A DNA stretch of 64,000 bases from Verrucomicrobiota bacterium (GTDB lineage: Bacteria > Verrucomicrobiota > Verrucomicrobiia > Opitutales > Cerasicoccaceae): contig JBCBUK010000001.1 of the NCBI GenBank assembly GCA_039818205.1, positions 32,001-96,000 on the forward strand, in the 5' to 3' direction. Under the pieces are notes generated by a model. That model made no database searches. It saw only the letters and a program-made list of their open reading frames with translations, and had not been told where the DNA came from. Below, in pieces: positions 39,817-49,888 of this stretch. Numbering within the stretch: the first letter of the stretch is position 1; each line of letters opens with the position of its first letter. Position numbers and translations under genes: made by a program.

Positions 39817-41148
39817 ATGCCCAGCTATAAAACCCTTCCCGGATTTCGAGAATTCTATCCCGAAGACTGTTCGCTGCGCAATCATCTGTTCAATGTTTGG
39901 CGGCAGGCCGCGAAGCGAGCGGGATTTCTGGAGTATGATGGCCCTGTTTTGGAGTCTCTCGAGCTATTGACCGCTAAATCTGGCGACGAGATCGTTGGTC
40001 AGCTCTTCAATTTTGTCGATAAAGGTGGACGCGAGATCACCCTGCGCCCGGAACTAACGCCTACCCTAGCCCGCATGGTTGGCGCCAAAGCCAATAGCCT
40101 GAAGCGCCCGGTAAAATGGTTCAGTATTGGGGAAAACTTTCGATACGAGCGCCAGCAGAAAGGTCGCTTGCGCTCTTTCTACCAATTCAACGCGGATATC
40201 CTTGGCGAGCCAGGCCCAATCGCTGATGCGGAGGTTATCGGACTTTTGGTTGAGAGTCTTTGTGCCCAAGGCATCGGTGTTGGTGAGTTTATTGTTCGCC
40301 TAAGCGACCGCGATTTATGGTATTTTTTCGTCGAAAGCCTTGGATTTAACGAGGAGCAGGCGAACGGTGCACTTGGGATTATCGACAAGATGGAGCGCAC
40401 GCCAGCAGACAAAACGCTCAAGGCACTCACCGATCTTGGCATTTATTCTCCGGACGAAAAACTCACCGCAATCACGGAATTCATGGAGCTCGCCAACGTG
40501 GATGCAATCGAGCAATACCTGGCAGCCCGTACGATCGAAGATTCAGTGAAAGAGCGGCTCGACAGCCGCCTGGCTGCTTGGCGTGAGCTAATCGTGCTCT
40601 TGGAAGCCGCCGGTTTGAGCGAATTTGTGAAACTGGACCTACGCATCGTCCGCGGACTGGCCTACTACACCGGATTTGTGTTCGAGGCATTCCAAACTGT
40701 CGGCTCGGGTCGAGCACTCGCTGGCGGGGGACGCTATGATCACCTGGTCCAGAAACTTGGCGGCCCAGCCATGCCAGCTGTGGGATTCGGCATGGGCGAT
40801 GTTACGCTACGCGATCTACTCGAGGAGCTCAATCGGCTTCCCCGCTTGGTCGATAAGGCAGACATCTATCTGATCTACCAAGGCGAAGCTGGTCGAAATG
40901 CAGCATTGGGAGACGCCTATGCTCTTCGCCGCCAAGGACTTAGAACTGAGTTCCCATTCAAAGAAGTTGGCTTTGGCAAACAATTTAAGCTAGCCGACCA
41001 ATCAGGCGCTGATTTCGCTGTCATTTATGGCCCAGACGAACTGGCCAAGGGCGAAGTCCGCGTAAAGCACCTCCGATCGGGCGAAGAGAAAACGATAGAA
41101 GCCGCCACCTTAGTCGGCAGCATGCTTGCGCTTTGGAGAGAAGGCTAA
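39817..41148 (+). CDS. hisS: Histidine--tRNA ligase
   Basis: LRPELT, FRYERQQKGRLR, RGLAYYTG, GGGRYD, anticodon-binding C-terminal domain. Confidence 0.96.
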   Translation: MPSYKTLPGFREFYPEDCSLRNHLFNVWRQAAKRAGFLEYDGPVLESLELLTAKSGDEIVGQLFNFVDKGGREITLRPELTPTLARMVGAKANSLKRPVKWFSIGENFRYERQQKGRLRSFYQFNADILGEPGPIADAEVIGLLVESLCAQGIGVGEFIVRLSDRDLWYFFVESLGFNEEQANGALGIIDKMERTPADKTLKALTDLGIYSPDEKLTAITEFMELANVDAIEQYLAARTIEDSVKERLDSRLAAWRELIVLLEAAGLSEFVKLDLRIVRGLAYYTGFVFEAFQTVGSGRALAGGGRYDHLVQKLGGPAMPAVGFGMGDVTLRDLLEELNRLPRLVDKADIYLIYQGEAGRNAALGDAYALRRQGLRTEFPFKEVGFGKQFKLADQSGADFAVIYGPDELAKGEVRVKHLRSGEEKTIEAATLVGSMLALWREG

Positions 41149-41319
41149 GGACTTCTCTGAAAAATCGGTATCATCTAAAAAACTTCTGAAGCGTTTGCAA
41201 AGAATTCGCTAATCTTTCCTCCGCCATGCATTTAGGGGATTTCGGAAGACAATACCTATTGTCAAAGTGATATCCCAGTGCTACTGATCAGTGACACAAT
41301 CAATTGAGCACCTAACGAC

Positions 41320-41787
41320 ATGAAGTTAAAAAATCTCATCGCGATTCTGATCGTCGGCTTTCTGGGCTATTTTGGTTATAAGTATTTAGTTACCAATTTC
41401 AGTTCCGAAGCGATGGTCTACAAACGCTTCGCAAATGCTCTTCTGGATGGAGATTCCGCCCGAATTAAGGGAATCCTAACCGAGGATCGCAGTGCGCTGG
41501 AAGCATTCGAGGCCGGAACGTTCAGGGATAAGCTGGTCAACGGTGACGTCCGTTTCTCTTGGTATGAATTCAAAGACAAACGCGTTTCCGCAGACGGCAA
41601 CACCGTGACCTTAATTGTCGTCCAAAACCTACGGGTCGATCCGCCGGGGAGTGACACGTTTTATGGCGAGGAAACTCGCCGAGATAAGCACGAGGTCACC
41701 TTGGTGAAGAACCAATCATCATGGGAAGTCGAATCGTTCCGAGATACTGCGACATCTCGATATCGAGCGGATCAACTTGCCAAGTAA
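41320..41787 (+). CDS. Hypothetical membrane-anchored protein (NTF2-like)
   Basis: N-terminal TM; helix then beta-meander ending LVK…WEV. Confidence 0.6.
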   Translation: MKLKNLIAILIVGFLGYFGYKYLVTNFSSEAMVYKRFANALLDGDSARIKGILTEDRSALEAFEAGTFRDKLVNGDVRFSWYEFKDKRVSADGNTVTLIVVQNLRVDPPGSDTFYGEETRRDKHEVTLVKNQSSWEVESFRDTATSRYRADQLAK

Positions 41788-41802
41788 GCGGTCCCTATTG
41801 GG

Positions 41803-42300
41803 ATGGAGTGGTTGTCTCAAAATCTAAAAATCGCCGGTGGAGCCTTGCTGCTCGCAGCCATTGCGATCTATTTCATTATTTCGGGAGAATCAGGTCCTGA
41901 AGCTGAAGTCAACCAGCGGCTCGACAAGCTCTGTGACCTCGTATCGTTTGAGTCTCCTGAGCCGCAGATTGAACAGATCACACGAGCCAAGAAGTTTTCA
42001 AATCTGTTCGTGGATTCGCCGTACTTGGTCGCCTGGAAGCTGAATAAAAGCATTACCGATAAAGACGCCCTAACCGGCCTTTTCGTGACGACTCGTCGCA
42101 TGGCGAATTCAGCCAATGTCAGCATGGGCAGTCGTCAGATTACGGTGGCACCAAGTGGGAAAAGCGCCACGGTAACTGCGACCATTAAAGGCAACGTCCA
42201 ATTCAAAGGAGACTCCGAAAGCTACAGTGGTCGCTATCGAATCCAACTGGAAAAAATCGGTGGCGACTGGTTGATATCAACCGTTGAGCCTCTTGATTAG
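41803..42300 (+). CDS. Hypothetical membrane-anchored NTF2-like protein
   Basis: N-terminal TM; ends LEKIGGDWLIS, a typical NTF2/SnoaL terminus. Confidence 0.65.
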   Translation: MEWLSQNLKIAGGALLLAAIAIYFIISGESGPEAEVNQRLDKLCDLVSFESPEPQIEQITRAKKFSNLFVDSPYLVAWKLNKSITDKDALTGLFVTTRRMANSANVSMGSRQITVAPSGKSATVTATIKGNVQFKGDSESYSGRYRIQLEKIGGDWLISTVEPLD

Positions 42301-42303
42301 TCA

Positions 42304-43398
42304 TTACTTACTCAGGCAAGCGATCGCCAGATCCCGCATCACGGACTCCTGGTCTTGATGTTTGCGCATCAGATCTTCGAAGGCCGCAGTAAAGGCGACT
42401 TGGAAATCGACCAGTTTGGGCAGCGCTAACTTCGCGGCACCTGGCGCAATCTTGTTACCCAAATACCAAAGGTTTTGGGTAAACACGTTGTAGGCGCTCT
42501 TGTCGTCGAAATCTCCAAAATGCCGCTGATACTTGCGAGCTGCAGCCTCAAAAGCCGGTTTGCCAAAACCTCGCGGCCCCAGCTTTAACTCACCCGAATC
42601 CATCAACACGCGCAGTTGGATCATGAGCCGATTGCGATTTTGGAGTGTGCTAATTAGCGGGCGAGCCTCTTTATGAATGAAGAAATATCGACGCAAGGCA
42701 TCGAGTGTCCAATTCAGATCCAGGGAAAAAAATGCTTCGGCTGCTTCAAAGAAGTCGCCCTCACCAAAATGTGGCGTCATTTGAGTGACGACCTCCTCGG
42801 AAACTTCGCCACCGCCCTCACCCACATAAGTCGCCAGCTTGCGCGTTTCCTCCAGAACGAGCCGTGTATTTCCGCCGACCAATCCGATCAACGCCTGCGC
42901 GGCACCCTGGGAAAAAGTAACCTCAAGCCGTCGACTCTCAGTCGCAATGAGGTCCAATAAAAAATCATCGTTCGTGCCCGACTTGAGATCCGTATACTCG
43001 GCGTTCTTGGCGAACCATTTAAATTCCTTGCGCCGACGATCGACTGGATGCGCGGTGATTAAGACGTCCACAGCGGCAGGATCGAGCCCTTCAAGTTCGC
43101 TTTGCCACTCAGCCACGAGAGTCTTGGTGCGTTCCGCCCGCCCGGTCACGCTGTCGGCCAGGAAACTGACATCCTTGAGCCAAATAACCTTCTTGTCGCC
43201 AAACATGGAGAGCGTCTGCGTCGCACTGCGAAACTGGTTGAGTGCGGCCTCAACCTCCGAAACATTCTGCGCGGCCCCATCGATTGTTTCCTTAGCGAAA
43301 TCATCCGCGATATCCTTAGTCATCTCCGCAAACACGGTCTGGGCCTCGCGTGTCACGAGGAAGTCGTCGTCACCACAGATGAAGGTAAAGGGTTTCAT
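42304..43398 (-). CDS. holA: DNA polymerase III subunit delta
   Basis: FICGDDDFL, TLSMFGDKKVI, EETRKLATY pattern; 364 aa. Confidence 0.85.
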   Translation of the reverse strand: MKPFTFICGDDDFLVTREAQTVFAEMTKDIADDFAKETIDGAAQNVSEVEAALNQFRSATQTLSMFGDKKVIWLKDVSFLADSVTGRAERTKTLVAEWQSELEGLDPAAVDVLITAHPVDRRRKEFKWFAKNAEYTDLKSGTNDDFLLDLIATESRRLEVTFSQGAAQALIGLVGGNTRLVLEETRKLATYVGEGGGEVSEEVVTQMTPHFGEGDFFEAAEAFFSLDLNWTLDALRRYFFIHKEARPLISTLQNRNRLMIQLRVLMDSGELKLGPRGFGKPAFEAAARKYQRHFGDFDDKSAYNVFTQNLWYLGNKIAPGAAKLALPKLVDFQVAFTAAFEDLMRKHQDQESVMRDLAIACLSK

Positions 43399-43528
43399 GA
43401 AAACAATTGAGCACTAGTTCAGGACAAGATGCGGGCCGAGGCAAAACGAAAATTCATTCCCCATAGCCAATCGCAGCAGAACACAATTTTTGCTGACGTG
43501 AGCCCGACATCCTTTATGCATCAAAACC

Positions 43529-43996
43529 ATGTATTGGAAAAACTGCCTGAGCCTGTTGTTCATTGCGATCGGTGGGACCCTAACCTCGCTGGCGGCGCCT
43601 ACCGCAGAGATTGAAGCCAAAGAAGCCGCCGCGCGCTGGCTAAAGGTGATTGACCAGCACGAGTATGGCGAAGCTTGGGCTCGCTGCGCGCCCTACTTTC
43701 GCACTCAGATCGAACGGGAAGCGTTCGTATCCGGCCTGGAAGAGGCTCGGACTCCTGTGGGCAAGCCCGAATCTCGCAAGCTGACTCGCCTCTTCTATAC
43801 AACCACGCTACCACAGGCACCGATGGCCCATTACGTTGTCATACAATTTGAAACGAAGTTCGAGGGACGTGAAGAACCAATTATTGAAACAATTACCCCC
43901 ATGCTCATCGATGCAAACGGCGATCCCGTATCCATTTTAGAAAACCCTACCAGCCAAAATGGTACCTGGTTGATTTCTGGCTACTACTTCCAATAA
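43529..43996 (+). CDS. DUF4019 family secreted protein
   Basis: WLKVID…YGEAW, RTPVG, LPQAP…YVVIQFETKF, ETITPM, WLISGYY. Confidence 0.8.
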   Translation: MYWKNCLSLLFIAIGGTLTSLAAPTAEIEAKEAAARWLKVIDQHEYGEAWARCAPYFRTQIEREAFVSGLEEARTPVGKPESRKLTRLFYTTTLPQAPMAHYVVIQFETKFEGREEPIIETITPMLIDANGDPVSILENPTSQNGTWLISGYYFQ

Positions 43997-44080
43997 TGCC
44001 GGTTCGGCTAACATTTTTCTAGAATATCGGAACCGACTTTCGGTTGCACTGTCGATGTTTGTTCTTAATCTCCAATCTGA

Positions 44081-45961
44081 ATGATTCGCGCCGGTATCTT
44101 CTTTTTCATCAGCCTGTTCGGTGTTTTTACGCATGTAATTGCCAAGGATAGCGCAACCACCTCAACCGATACACTTCCCCTGTCCGAGATTAAGCCGGGC
44201 ATGCAGGGCACTTGGCGAACTGTAGTCGAGGGATCCAAGATTGAAGAATACCGTTTTGAGGTCATTGGCGTATCGCCGAATTTCGTCGGACCACGTGCGC
44301 CTGTCATTATTGCAAAGGCACTTGATGACTCACAGATCCTCAGTGGTCCAGTCGCCGGAATGAGCGGAAGCCCCTGCTATATCGGCGACAAAATGATCGG
44401 TGCCTACGCCTATGGTTTTACTTGGCCCAAAGAACAGGCGATTATTGGAATTACACCGATTGACGAGATGCTAGCCGTCTTCGAGAAAGGCCGACCAGGC
44501 AACAATTCCACAGCGGGTGAAGCCTCTCGGAAGTCGGGTCCCGTCATGATTCGACGCTTACCTGGCCCAGCGAAGCGACTGGGTTTTCCAACAATTAGTC
44601 GGTCTCTCGAAAAGCCTGATACTCCCATTGAACTTGAAACCACTTCCACTCAAGTTGGGGAATTAGCTAATTTCAGCAGCCCAGAGAATATGGCGGCGGT
44701 TTTGTCGCCCCTACCTACTCCATTAATGGTTGGAGGCCTCTCTGGAAAAGCGGCGGATTTCTTTTCACCTTACGCGCGAGAAATGGGATTCGAACTGATG
44801 TCGAGCCCGGTCGGAAGCGCGGACCATTTAACCGGAGATGACCTCATTCCTGGGGCGCCAGTCGCCGGAATTTTACTCGGGGGCGACTTCCCCATTTCTG
44901 CCGTGGGAACCTGTACCTGGAGGGAAGATGACGACCTCTTGGCGTTCGGACATCCTTTCCTCCAAGGTGGACCGGTCGATATTCCCATTGCACCTGCAGA
45001 AATAATGGCCGTGGTGCAGACCTACCCCAGTTCATTTAAGTTAGCCAATACCGGTAAGCCCGTTGGTTCAATTTACCAGGATCGATTGACCGCCGTTGCC
45101 GGTGAAATCGGCCGCATGGCCTCCGTAACTAACTATCAGGTCAACGTGACCGATCCCAGCGACACTACCCGAAGCTATCAGGGTGACCTATTTCAAAACG
45201 AGCTCATATCGCCCATGATTGCTGCAATCGGCCTGATGATGAGCACGACCGCGACACTGGAAGTCGAAGACGAACAGAGTTATGGTGTCGAAGTCATTGC
45301 CGAGTATGATGGACATGAACCAGTGACCTGGCAGCAATTCGGATCCGGTTCCCTTGGATTGTCCAGTATCACCTTTGGTGTCTGGGACATGCTTGGAACA
45401 ATCGCTGAAAATCCTTTTGAAAAAGCCAATCTAGCCAAGCTCACCATCAACATCACGATCTCGACTGGCCGCGACAATATTGCGATGGATCGCATCCAAT
45501 TGCTCTCCGGCCAACCGAAACCGGGGGACTCAGTCGAAGTCTCGATCGGGCTGCGCAACTTCCGCGATGAGTCCAAGCGAACTCGGGTCAGTGCAATCAT
45601 CCCTGAGGGAACGAGCGGCGAAAATCTTTATTTATTCGTGGGCGATTCGCGAGCGGCGGACCGCATCGACGATGGTTACTCACGCTCGGTTGCCAGCCTC
45701 GATGAACTTCTGGATTATTATCGCACACGTCGCGACAATGAACGCATCTATGTGAAGTTATTGCGCCGCACCACAGGTCTGCGGACGAATGACCAATCCC
45801 TTTATGAGCTGCCCCCATCGGCAATGAAACTCATCCAGTCCTCACGAACCATCGAACCACACACTTCGTTGCGGGAAATCACCCTTTGGGAAACGTCAAT
45901 TGAAACGGACGGATCTTTCACCGGATCCCACCGATTCACAATCCCCATTGCCAAACGCTAA
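44081..45961 (+). CDS. SpoIVB/peptidase S55 domain secreted protein
   Basis: IKPGMQG…TVVEG, AGMSGSP catalytic Ser motif, ITPIDEM, GTCT…AFGHPF. Confidence 0.85.
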   Translation: MIRAGIFFFISLFGVFTHVIAKDSATTSTDTLPLSEIKPGMQGTWRTVVEGSKIEEYRFEVIGVSPNFVGPRAPVIIAKALDDSQILSGPVAGMSGSPCYIGDKMIGAYAYGFTWPKEQAIIGITPIDEMLAVFEKGRPGNNSTAGEASRKSGPVMIRRLPGPAKRLGFPTISRSLEKPDTPIELETTSTQVGELANFSSPENMAAVLSPLPTPLMVGGLSGKAADFFSPYAREMGFELMSSPVGSADHLTGDDLIPGAPVAGILLGGDFPISAVGTCTWREDDDLLAFGHPFLQGGPVDIPIAPAEIMAVVQTYPSSFKLANTGKPVGSIYQDRLTAVAGEIGRMASVTNYQVNVTDPSDTTRSYQGDLFQNELISPMIAAIGLMMSTTATLEVEDEQSYGVEVIAEYDGHEPVTWQQFGSGSLGLSSITFGVWDMLGTIAENPFEKANLAKLTINITISTGRDNIAMDRIQLLSGQPKPGDSVEVSIGLRNFRDESKRTRVSAIIPEGTSGENLYLFVGDSRAADRIDDGYSRSVASLDELLDYYRTRRDNERIYVKLLRRTTGLRTNDQSLYELPPSAMKLIQSSRTIEPHTSLREITLWETSIETDGSFTGSHRFTIPIAKR

Positions 45962-45978
45962 TACTTTCTGAAATCAAC

Positions 45979-48153
45979 ATGAAGAAGATCGGACTCGTCC
46001 TACTGTCACTCTCGGCAATCACCACCTACGCGGTTCGCACTCAATCGATGACGCAGGACTCTTACGCTGAGTTCTTTGCCGGAGATTTGGAGAACGTGTC
46101 CCTCGATAATCTCGGTGGTTTACAACCTGGTCCGGCACTTGATGAGGTGGTCGTTCTGGAGGATTCCGTAATCTTTAGCGCGGTCGCCGACAGCAAAGGC
46201 ACGCTCTACCTAGGAACCGGTAATCATGGCAGCGTCTACCGACTGGATCCTGGCGCAGAAGAGCCCACCCTCCTCTTCAATCCAGACTCGATCATGACCC
46301 GCGCGCTCGCCATTGACGAAGCGGGCAATCTTTACGCCGGGACATCGCCCGATGGTGCCGTTTACCGCATTTCCCCCAATGGACGTCCCGAAGTCTACTT
46401 TGATCCGCCAGGTCTCTACATCTGGGATCTCAAGTTTGATGACGACGGCAACCTCTACGTAGCCACTGGCGGGGATGCAAAAATTTATAAGTTACCACCA
46501 AATTTCGGCCTCAATGATGAGCCCATTGAGTATTTCTCGAGCGACCGTACCCATTTCACCCGAATGGCATGGGATCGAAATGGAGATCTCATCGTTGGCA
46601 GTGGTCCGGACGCCTACCTGTATCGCATTAAGGGAGAGGGCGAAGGCGAGGTGCTCTATAGCTCGGGTACCGAAGAAATTGCCAACGTAGCGGTTGTCGA
46701 CGACGACATTTACTTCACCACCTGGCACAAAAAAAGTAGCGAGGACAAGCCAACAACAAACCTAGCTGAGCTTCTCGCAAAATTCCTCGGAAAGGCCAAC
46801 GGCGACGATGATGATGACGACAAGAAAGACGAGAATGGTGCCTCCAAGGCACCGAGCTTTCTTCTGAAACTTGATTCGGAAGGTTTCGTCAGCCCCGTTT
46901 GGTCACCTGGTGGTTCGAACATCCAGTATCTTGTTCCAGATAACAAGAGTGGCTTCTGGATCGGATCGGACAAAAATGGACGGATTTATTCAGTTGCGGA
47001 TTCTGACTCTTGGAGCCTGGTCAACCAAGCACCTCGCGAAGGGGGCGTATCGGCCATCCTCACGAATGTGGGTCCTGACCTATACACCTACGTTTGCACC
47101 AGCAATCCGGCAGTCGTATATCGCCTGAATGGCAAAGCCACCGAAGACCTTCCGAAATACACCAGCGAGCCCATTGATGCAGGGACCGTCGCGCGGTGGG
47201 GCCGCCTGCGTCCACTTGGCGCTCCGGCTAGCAGCGAAGGGATCACCTTTGAAACCCGTTCCGGCAATGCTTCCGAACCTGACGACACCTGGAGCGATTG
47301 GACCGATTTGGATGAGGGAACGGTTGCCTCCCCGCCCGCACGTTTCCTGCAATACCGCGTAAATTTTGCTGACAGCAAGGCCCGGCTCAATGGGCTGACA
47401 GCCTATTTCGGTGCCCGCAATCTCGCTCCGCTGGTGGCAGAAGTGAATGTCATCCCGGCGGGGTTGAATATCGTAACAAACGTCAGTCCGGTTCGCCCAC
47501 CGATCAACGCAAAGGAGCTCACAAATTCCAGCAAAGTTACTGCCGCACTCGCGAAGGGCCCGCCCAAGAGCACCAAAGTAGTCGTTGCAGAAGACACCGG
47601 GGCTATCTCAGTGGCGTGGAGCGCGATCGATCCGAATGGCGACCAATTAAGCTATTCCGTCGAGATCAAGGAAGAAGACGAAGATGATTGGGTTCTTTTT
47701 TCCGACGAGCAAATGAGCCCCGCCTACTCGACTCCGACCCGTGGTTTTACCGATGGCTATTATCGGTTTCGGATAAACGCCAGCGATGCTCCGAGCAACA
47801 TTCCCAGCGATACCTTGACTGGTTCAATGATCAGTCGTCCATTTCTGATCGATAACACGAGCCCTGAAATTAAGCTTCACAATCAAACAACCAACAGTGA
47901 TGGTGCGACGGTCTTAGTATTTGTTGCTTCCGATAAATGGGCGATTATAAACTCTGCAGGCTATCGCTTAAATGGGCAGGCTTCCGTCGAAGCCGTCCCG
48001 ACCGACGCGTTGTTTGATTCCAACGAAGAGATCTTCCGTTTAGTTCTGCCGAACCTGAAATCAGGCACCAACAGTATTGTATTCAAAGCAGTGGACGAAC
48101 TCGGCAATCGCGGCGTAAGCAAAGCTACTTTTCAGGTCGAGGATTCGCAGTAG
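45979..48153 (+). CDS. Secreted beta-propeller protein with C-terminal Ig/FN3-like domains
   Basis: Repeated DxxGxLYxGT…GxVYR blades; TRSGN…WSDW…RFLQYR; DPNGD; DNTSP. Confidence 0.75.
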   Translation: MKKIGLVLLSLSAITTYAVRTQSMTQDSYAEFFAGDLENVSLDNLGGLQPGPALDEVVVLEDSVIFSAVADSKGTLYLGTGNHGSVYRLDPGAEEPTLLFNPDSIMTRALAIDEAGNLYAGTSPDGAVYRISPNGRPEVYFDPPGLYIWDLKFDDDGNLYVATGGDAKIYKLPPNFGLNDEPIEYFSSDRTHFTRMAWDRNGDLIVGSGPDAYLYRIKGEGEGEVLYSSGTEEIANVAVVDDDIYFTTWHKKSSEDKPTTNLAELLAKFLGKANGDDDDDDKKDENGASKAPSFLLKLDSEGFVSPVWSPGGSNIQYLVPDNKSGFWIGSDKNGRIYSVADSDSWSLVNQAPREGGVSAILTNVGPDLYTYVCTSNPAVVYRLNGKATEDLPKYTSEPIDAGTVARWGRLRPLGAPASSEGITFETRSGNASEPDDTWSDWTDLDEGTVASPPARFLQYRVNFADSKARLNGLTAYFGARNLAPLVAEVNVIPAGLNIVTNVSPVRPPINAKELTNSSKVTAALAKGPPKSTKVVVAEDTGAISVAWSAIDPNGDQLSYSVEIKEEDEDDWVLFSDEQMSPAYSTPTRGFTDGYYRFRINASDAPSNIPSDTLTGSMISRPFLIDNTSPEIKLHNQTTNSDGATVLVFVASDKWAIINSAGYRLNGQASVEAVPTDALFDSNEEIFRLVLPNLKSGTNSIVFKAVDELGNRGVSKATFQVEDSQ

Positions 48154-48196
48154 TTGAGACTTCCAGTCTCCGATCTGGAATCGGTATCAACGGAGA

Positions 48197-48736
48197 CTAA
48201 CCGGCAAAAAATGCGTCTTCCCCGTAACCACGTTGGATGCCCCAGATCATCCGAAAGCTGGGCGCATATTTCCGGCGATCGTTTCGAATCAGTTCGTCGA
48301 GATCATCGGGATTAAGCCAAGCGCCTTCGTCGATTTCTTCTGGTTCGGGAACAATAGGGCCATTCCAACTCAAGCGATAAACCTGAATAAACTCCTCACC
48401 CGTTTTGCGGCAAGCCGGATGCTTAAAGAGTAGATCCATCTCGTCGCCTGTGCCAAGTGGGATGCCGAGTTCCTCCTCCAATTCGCGCTTCGCAGCTTCG
48501 TCGTAAGACTCTCCGGCATCGACATGACCAGAAGCCGAGGTGGTCCACGCACCCGGCATTTGGTCTTTGTTCATCGAGCGCTTCTGCAAATAGAGTTGCC
48601 CATCCGAATTATAAACGAGGATGTGCACCGCGCGATGCCGCAGCCCTTGGGCGTGGACGAATCCTCGGGTGGCTTGATCAATAACCTGGTCGTTCTCGTC
48701 GACGACATCAAAGAGTTCATTGGGGGAAGAAGGCAT
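48197..48736 (-). CDS. NUDIX hydrolase (IDI/YfcD-like)
   Basis: HRAVHI, LQKRS, GHVDAGESYDEAAKRELEEELG Nudix box. Confidence 0.88.
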   Translation of the reverse strand: MPSSPNELFDVVDENDQVIDQATRGFVHAQGLRHRAVHILVYNSDGQLYLQKRSMNKDQMPGAWTTSASGHVDAGESYDEAAKRELEEELGIPLGTGDEMDLLFKHPACRKTGEEFIQVYRLSWNGPIVPEPEEIDEGAWLNPDDLDELIRNDRRKYAPSFRMIWGIQRGYGEDAFFAG

Positions 48737-48914
48737 CTTTGTGATTCAGAAGATGTTCAAAATTAGACTCTTATAGTTATCGAACGCAAGGTTCATCGCT
48801 TTATCAAAAGATTCATTATTCCGGAAAAAATCTGGCCCATTCGTTGCTTATCTAGAATTATCTTGCCAAGGATCCTATTGCGAACAAATCTCTTTAAGTT
48901 TTATTATTATTGCT

Positions 48915-49790
48915 ATGGAAGTTATTAGAGCTGACAGTGCTGGTTTTTGTTGGGGAGTCGAACGCGCCATTGATATCGCGGCCAAATTTGCTGCTGAAGG
49001 CAAGCGCCCCGTCTACACTGATGGTCCTTTAATCCACAATAGCCAGATGATGGAACGCCTTGAGGCGACTGGCATCAAAGAGGTTGGTGACTACCAGAGT
49101 AAGTCTGACCTGCGGGTTTCAGACGAAGACCGCGAGAACGGCGTGCTCGTCGTGCGCGCTCACGGAATTTCCCCTGAACGCCGCTCCTACCTCAAGAGCC
49201 TCGGAATGAATTTCAAGGACGCGACCTGCCCGGACGTGGGTATCATCGCTGGAAAGATTAAAATGCATGCCCGCAAAGGCTATGCGACCGTCATTTTTGG
49301 TGATCCAAAGCACCCGGAAGTCATCGGCTTGATGGGTTATACGGAAGATCGCGGCTATGTAGTAAAGACCGAAGAAGAAGTCCGCGCGCTGCCAGACGAT
49401 CTCGGCGACCAAGTCTGCATGGTCTCTCAGTCGACTATGTTCACCGACGAATTTGAGCGCCTGTCGGGCATCCTCCGCGAGCGGTTCCCAGAATCCAAGG
49501 TCTTCGATACCATTTGTGGCGCAACTAAAGAACGCCAGAGTGACATCCACGTTCTCATGGAAAAAGGGGCCGAAGCGATCGTCGTAGTTGGTGGACGCCA
49601 TAGTGCCAACACCATGAAATTGGCCGCGTTGGTAGAAAAAACCGGCCTCCCTGCGTATCATGTTGAGACCGTTGGCGAGTTGGACTGCAAGCATTTGAAT
49701 GACAACTACACCCGGGTTGGAGTCACCGCCGGGGCCTCGACCCCCGAGTTCCTGATCAAAGAGGTCGTCGAGGTGCTACAGTCCGCCTAA
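48915..49790 (+). CDS. ispH: HMBPP reductase
   Basis: GFCWGV, IHN, RAHG, DATCP, HPEV, TICGAT, SAN, TAGASTP. Confidence 0.96.
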   Translation: MEVIRADSAGFCWGVERAIDIAAKFAAEGKRPVYTDGPLIHNSQMMERLEATGIKEVGDYQSKSDLRVSDEDRENGVLVVRAHGISPERRSYLKSLGMNFKDATCPDVGIIAGKIKMHARKGYATVIFGDPKHPEVIGLMGYTEDRGYVVKTEEEVRALPDDLGDQVCMVSQSTMFTDEFERLSGILRERFPESKVFDTICGATKERQSDIHVLMEKGAEAIVVVGGRHSANTMKLAALVEKTGLPAYHVETVGELDCKHLNDNYTRVGVTAGASTPEFLIKEVVEVLQSA

Positions 49791-49819
49791 TCGGGCCGGT
49801 TAACATAAGTGTAAACCAC

Positions 49820-49848
49820 AGCCCGGGACTTGTCTTCCCGGGTTTTTT
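49820..49848 (+). terminator. Intrinsic terminator after ispH
   Basis: AGCCCGGGA/UCCCGGGUU stem running into a U6 tract. Confidence 0.75.
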
Positions 49849-49888
49849 CGTGTAGAAATCCAACAATTAGGAGTTAGTATAAAGCGCC

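Noticed and set aside
48156..48197. Nested short inverted repeats between convergent genes
   Set aside because: Probably a bidirectional terminator or chance; no second copy noticed
48197..48736. Type 1 isopentenyl-diphosphate isomerase
   Set aside because: The catalytic Cys position reads SASGH rather than CxH; kept as generic Nudix
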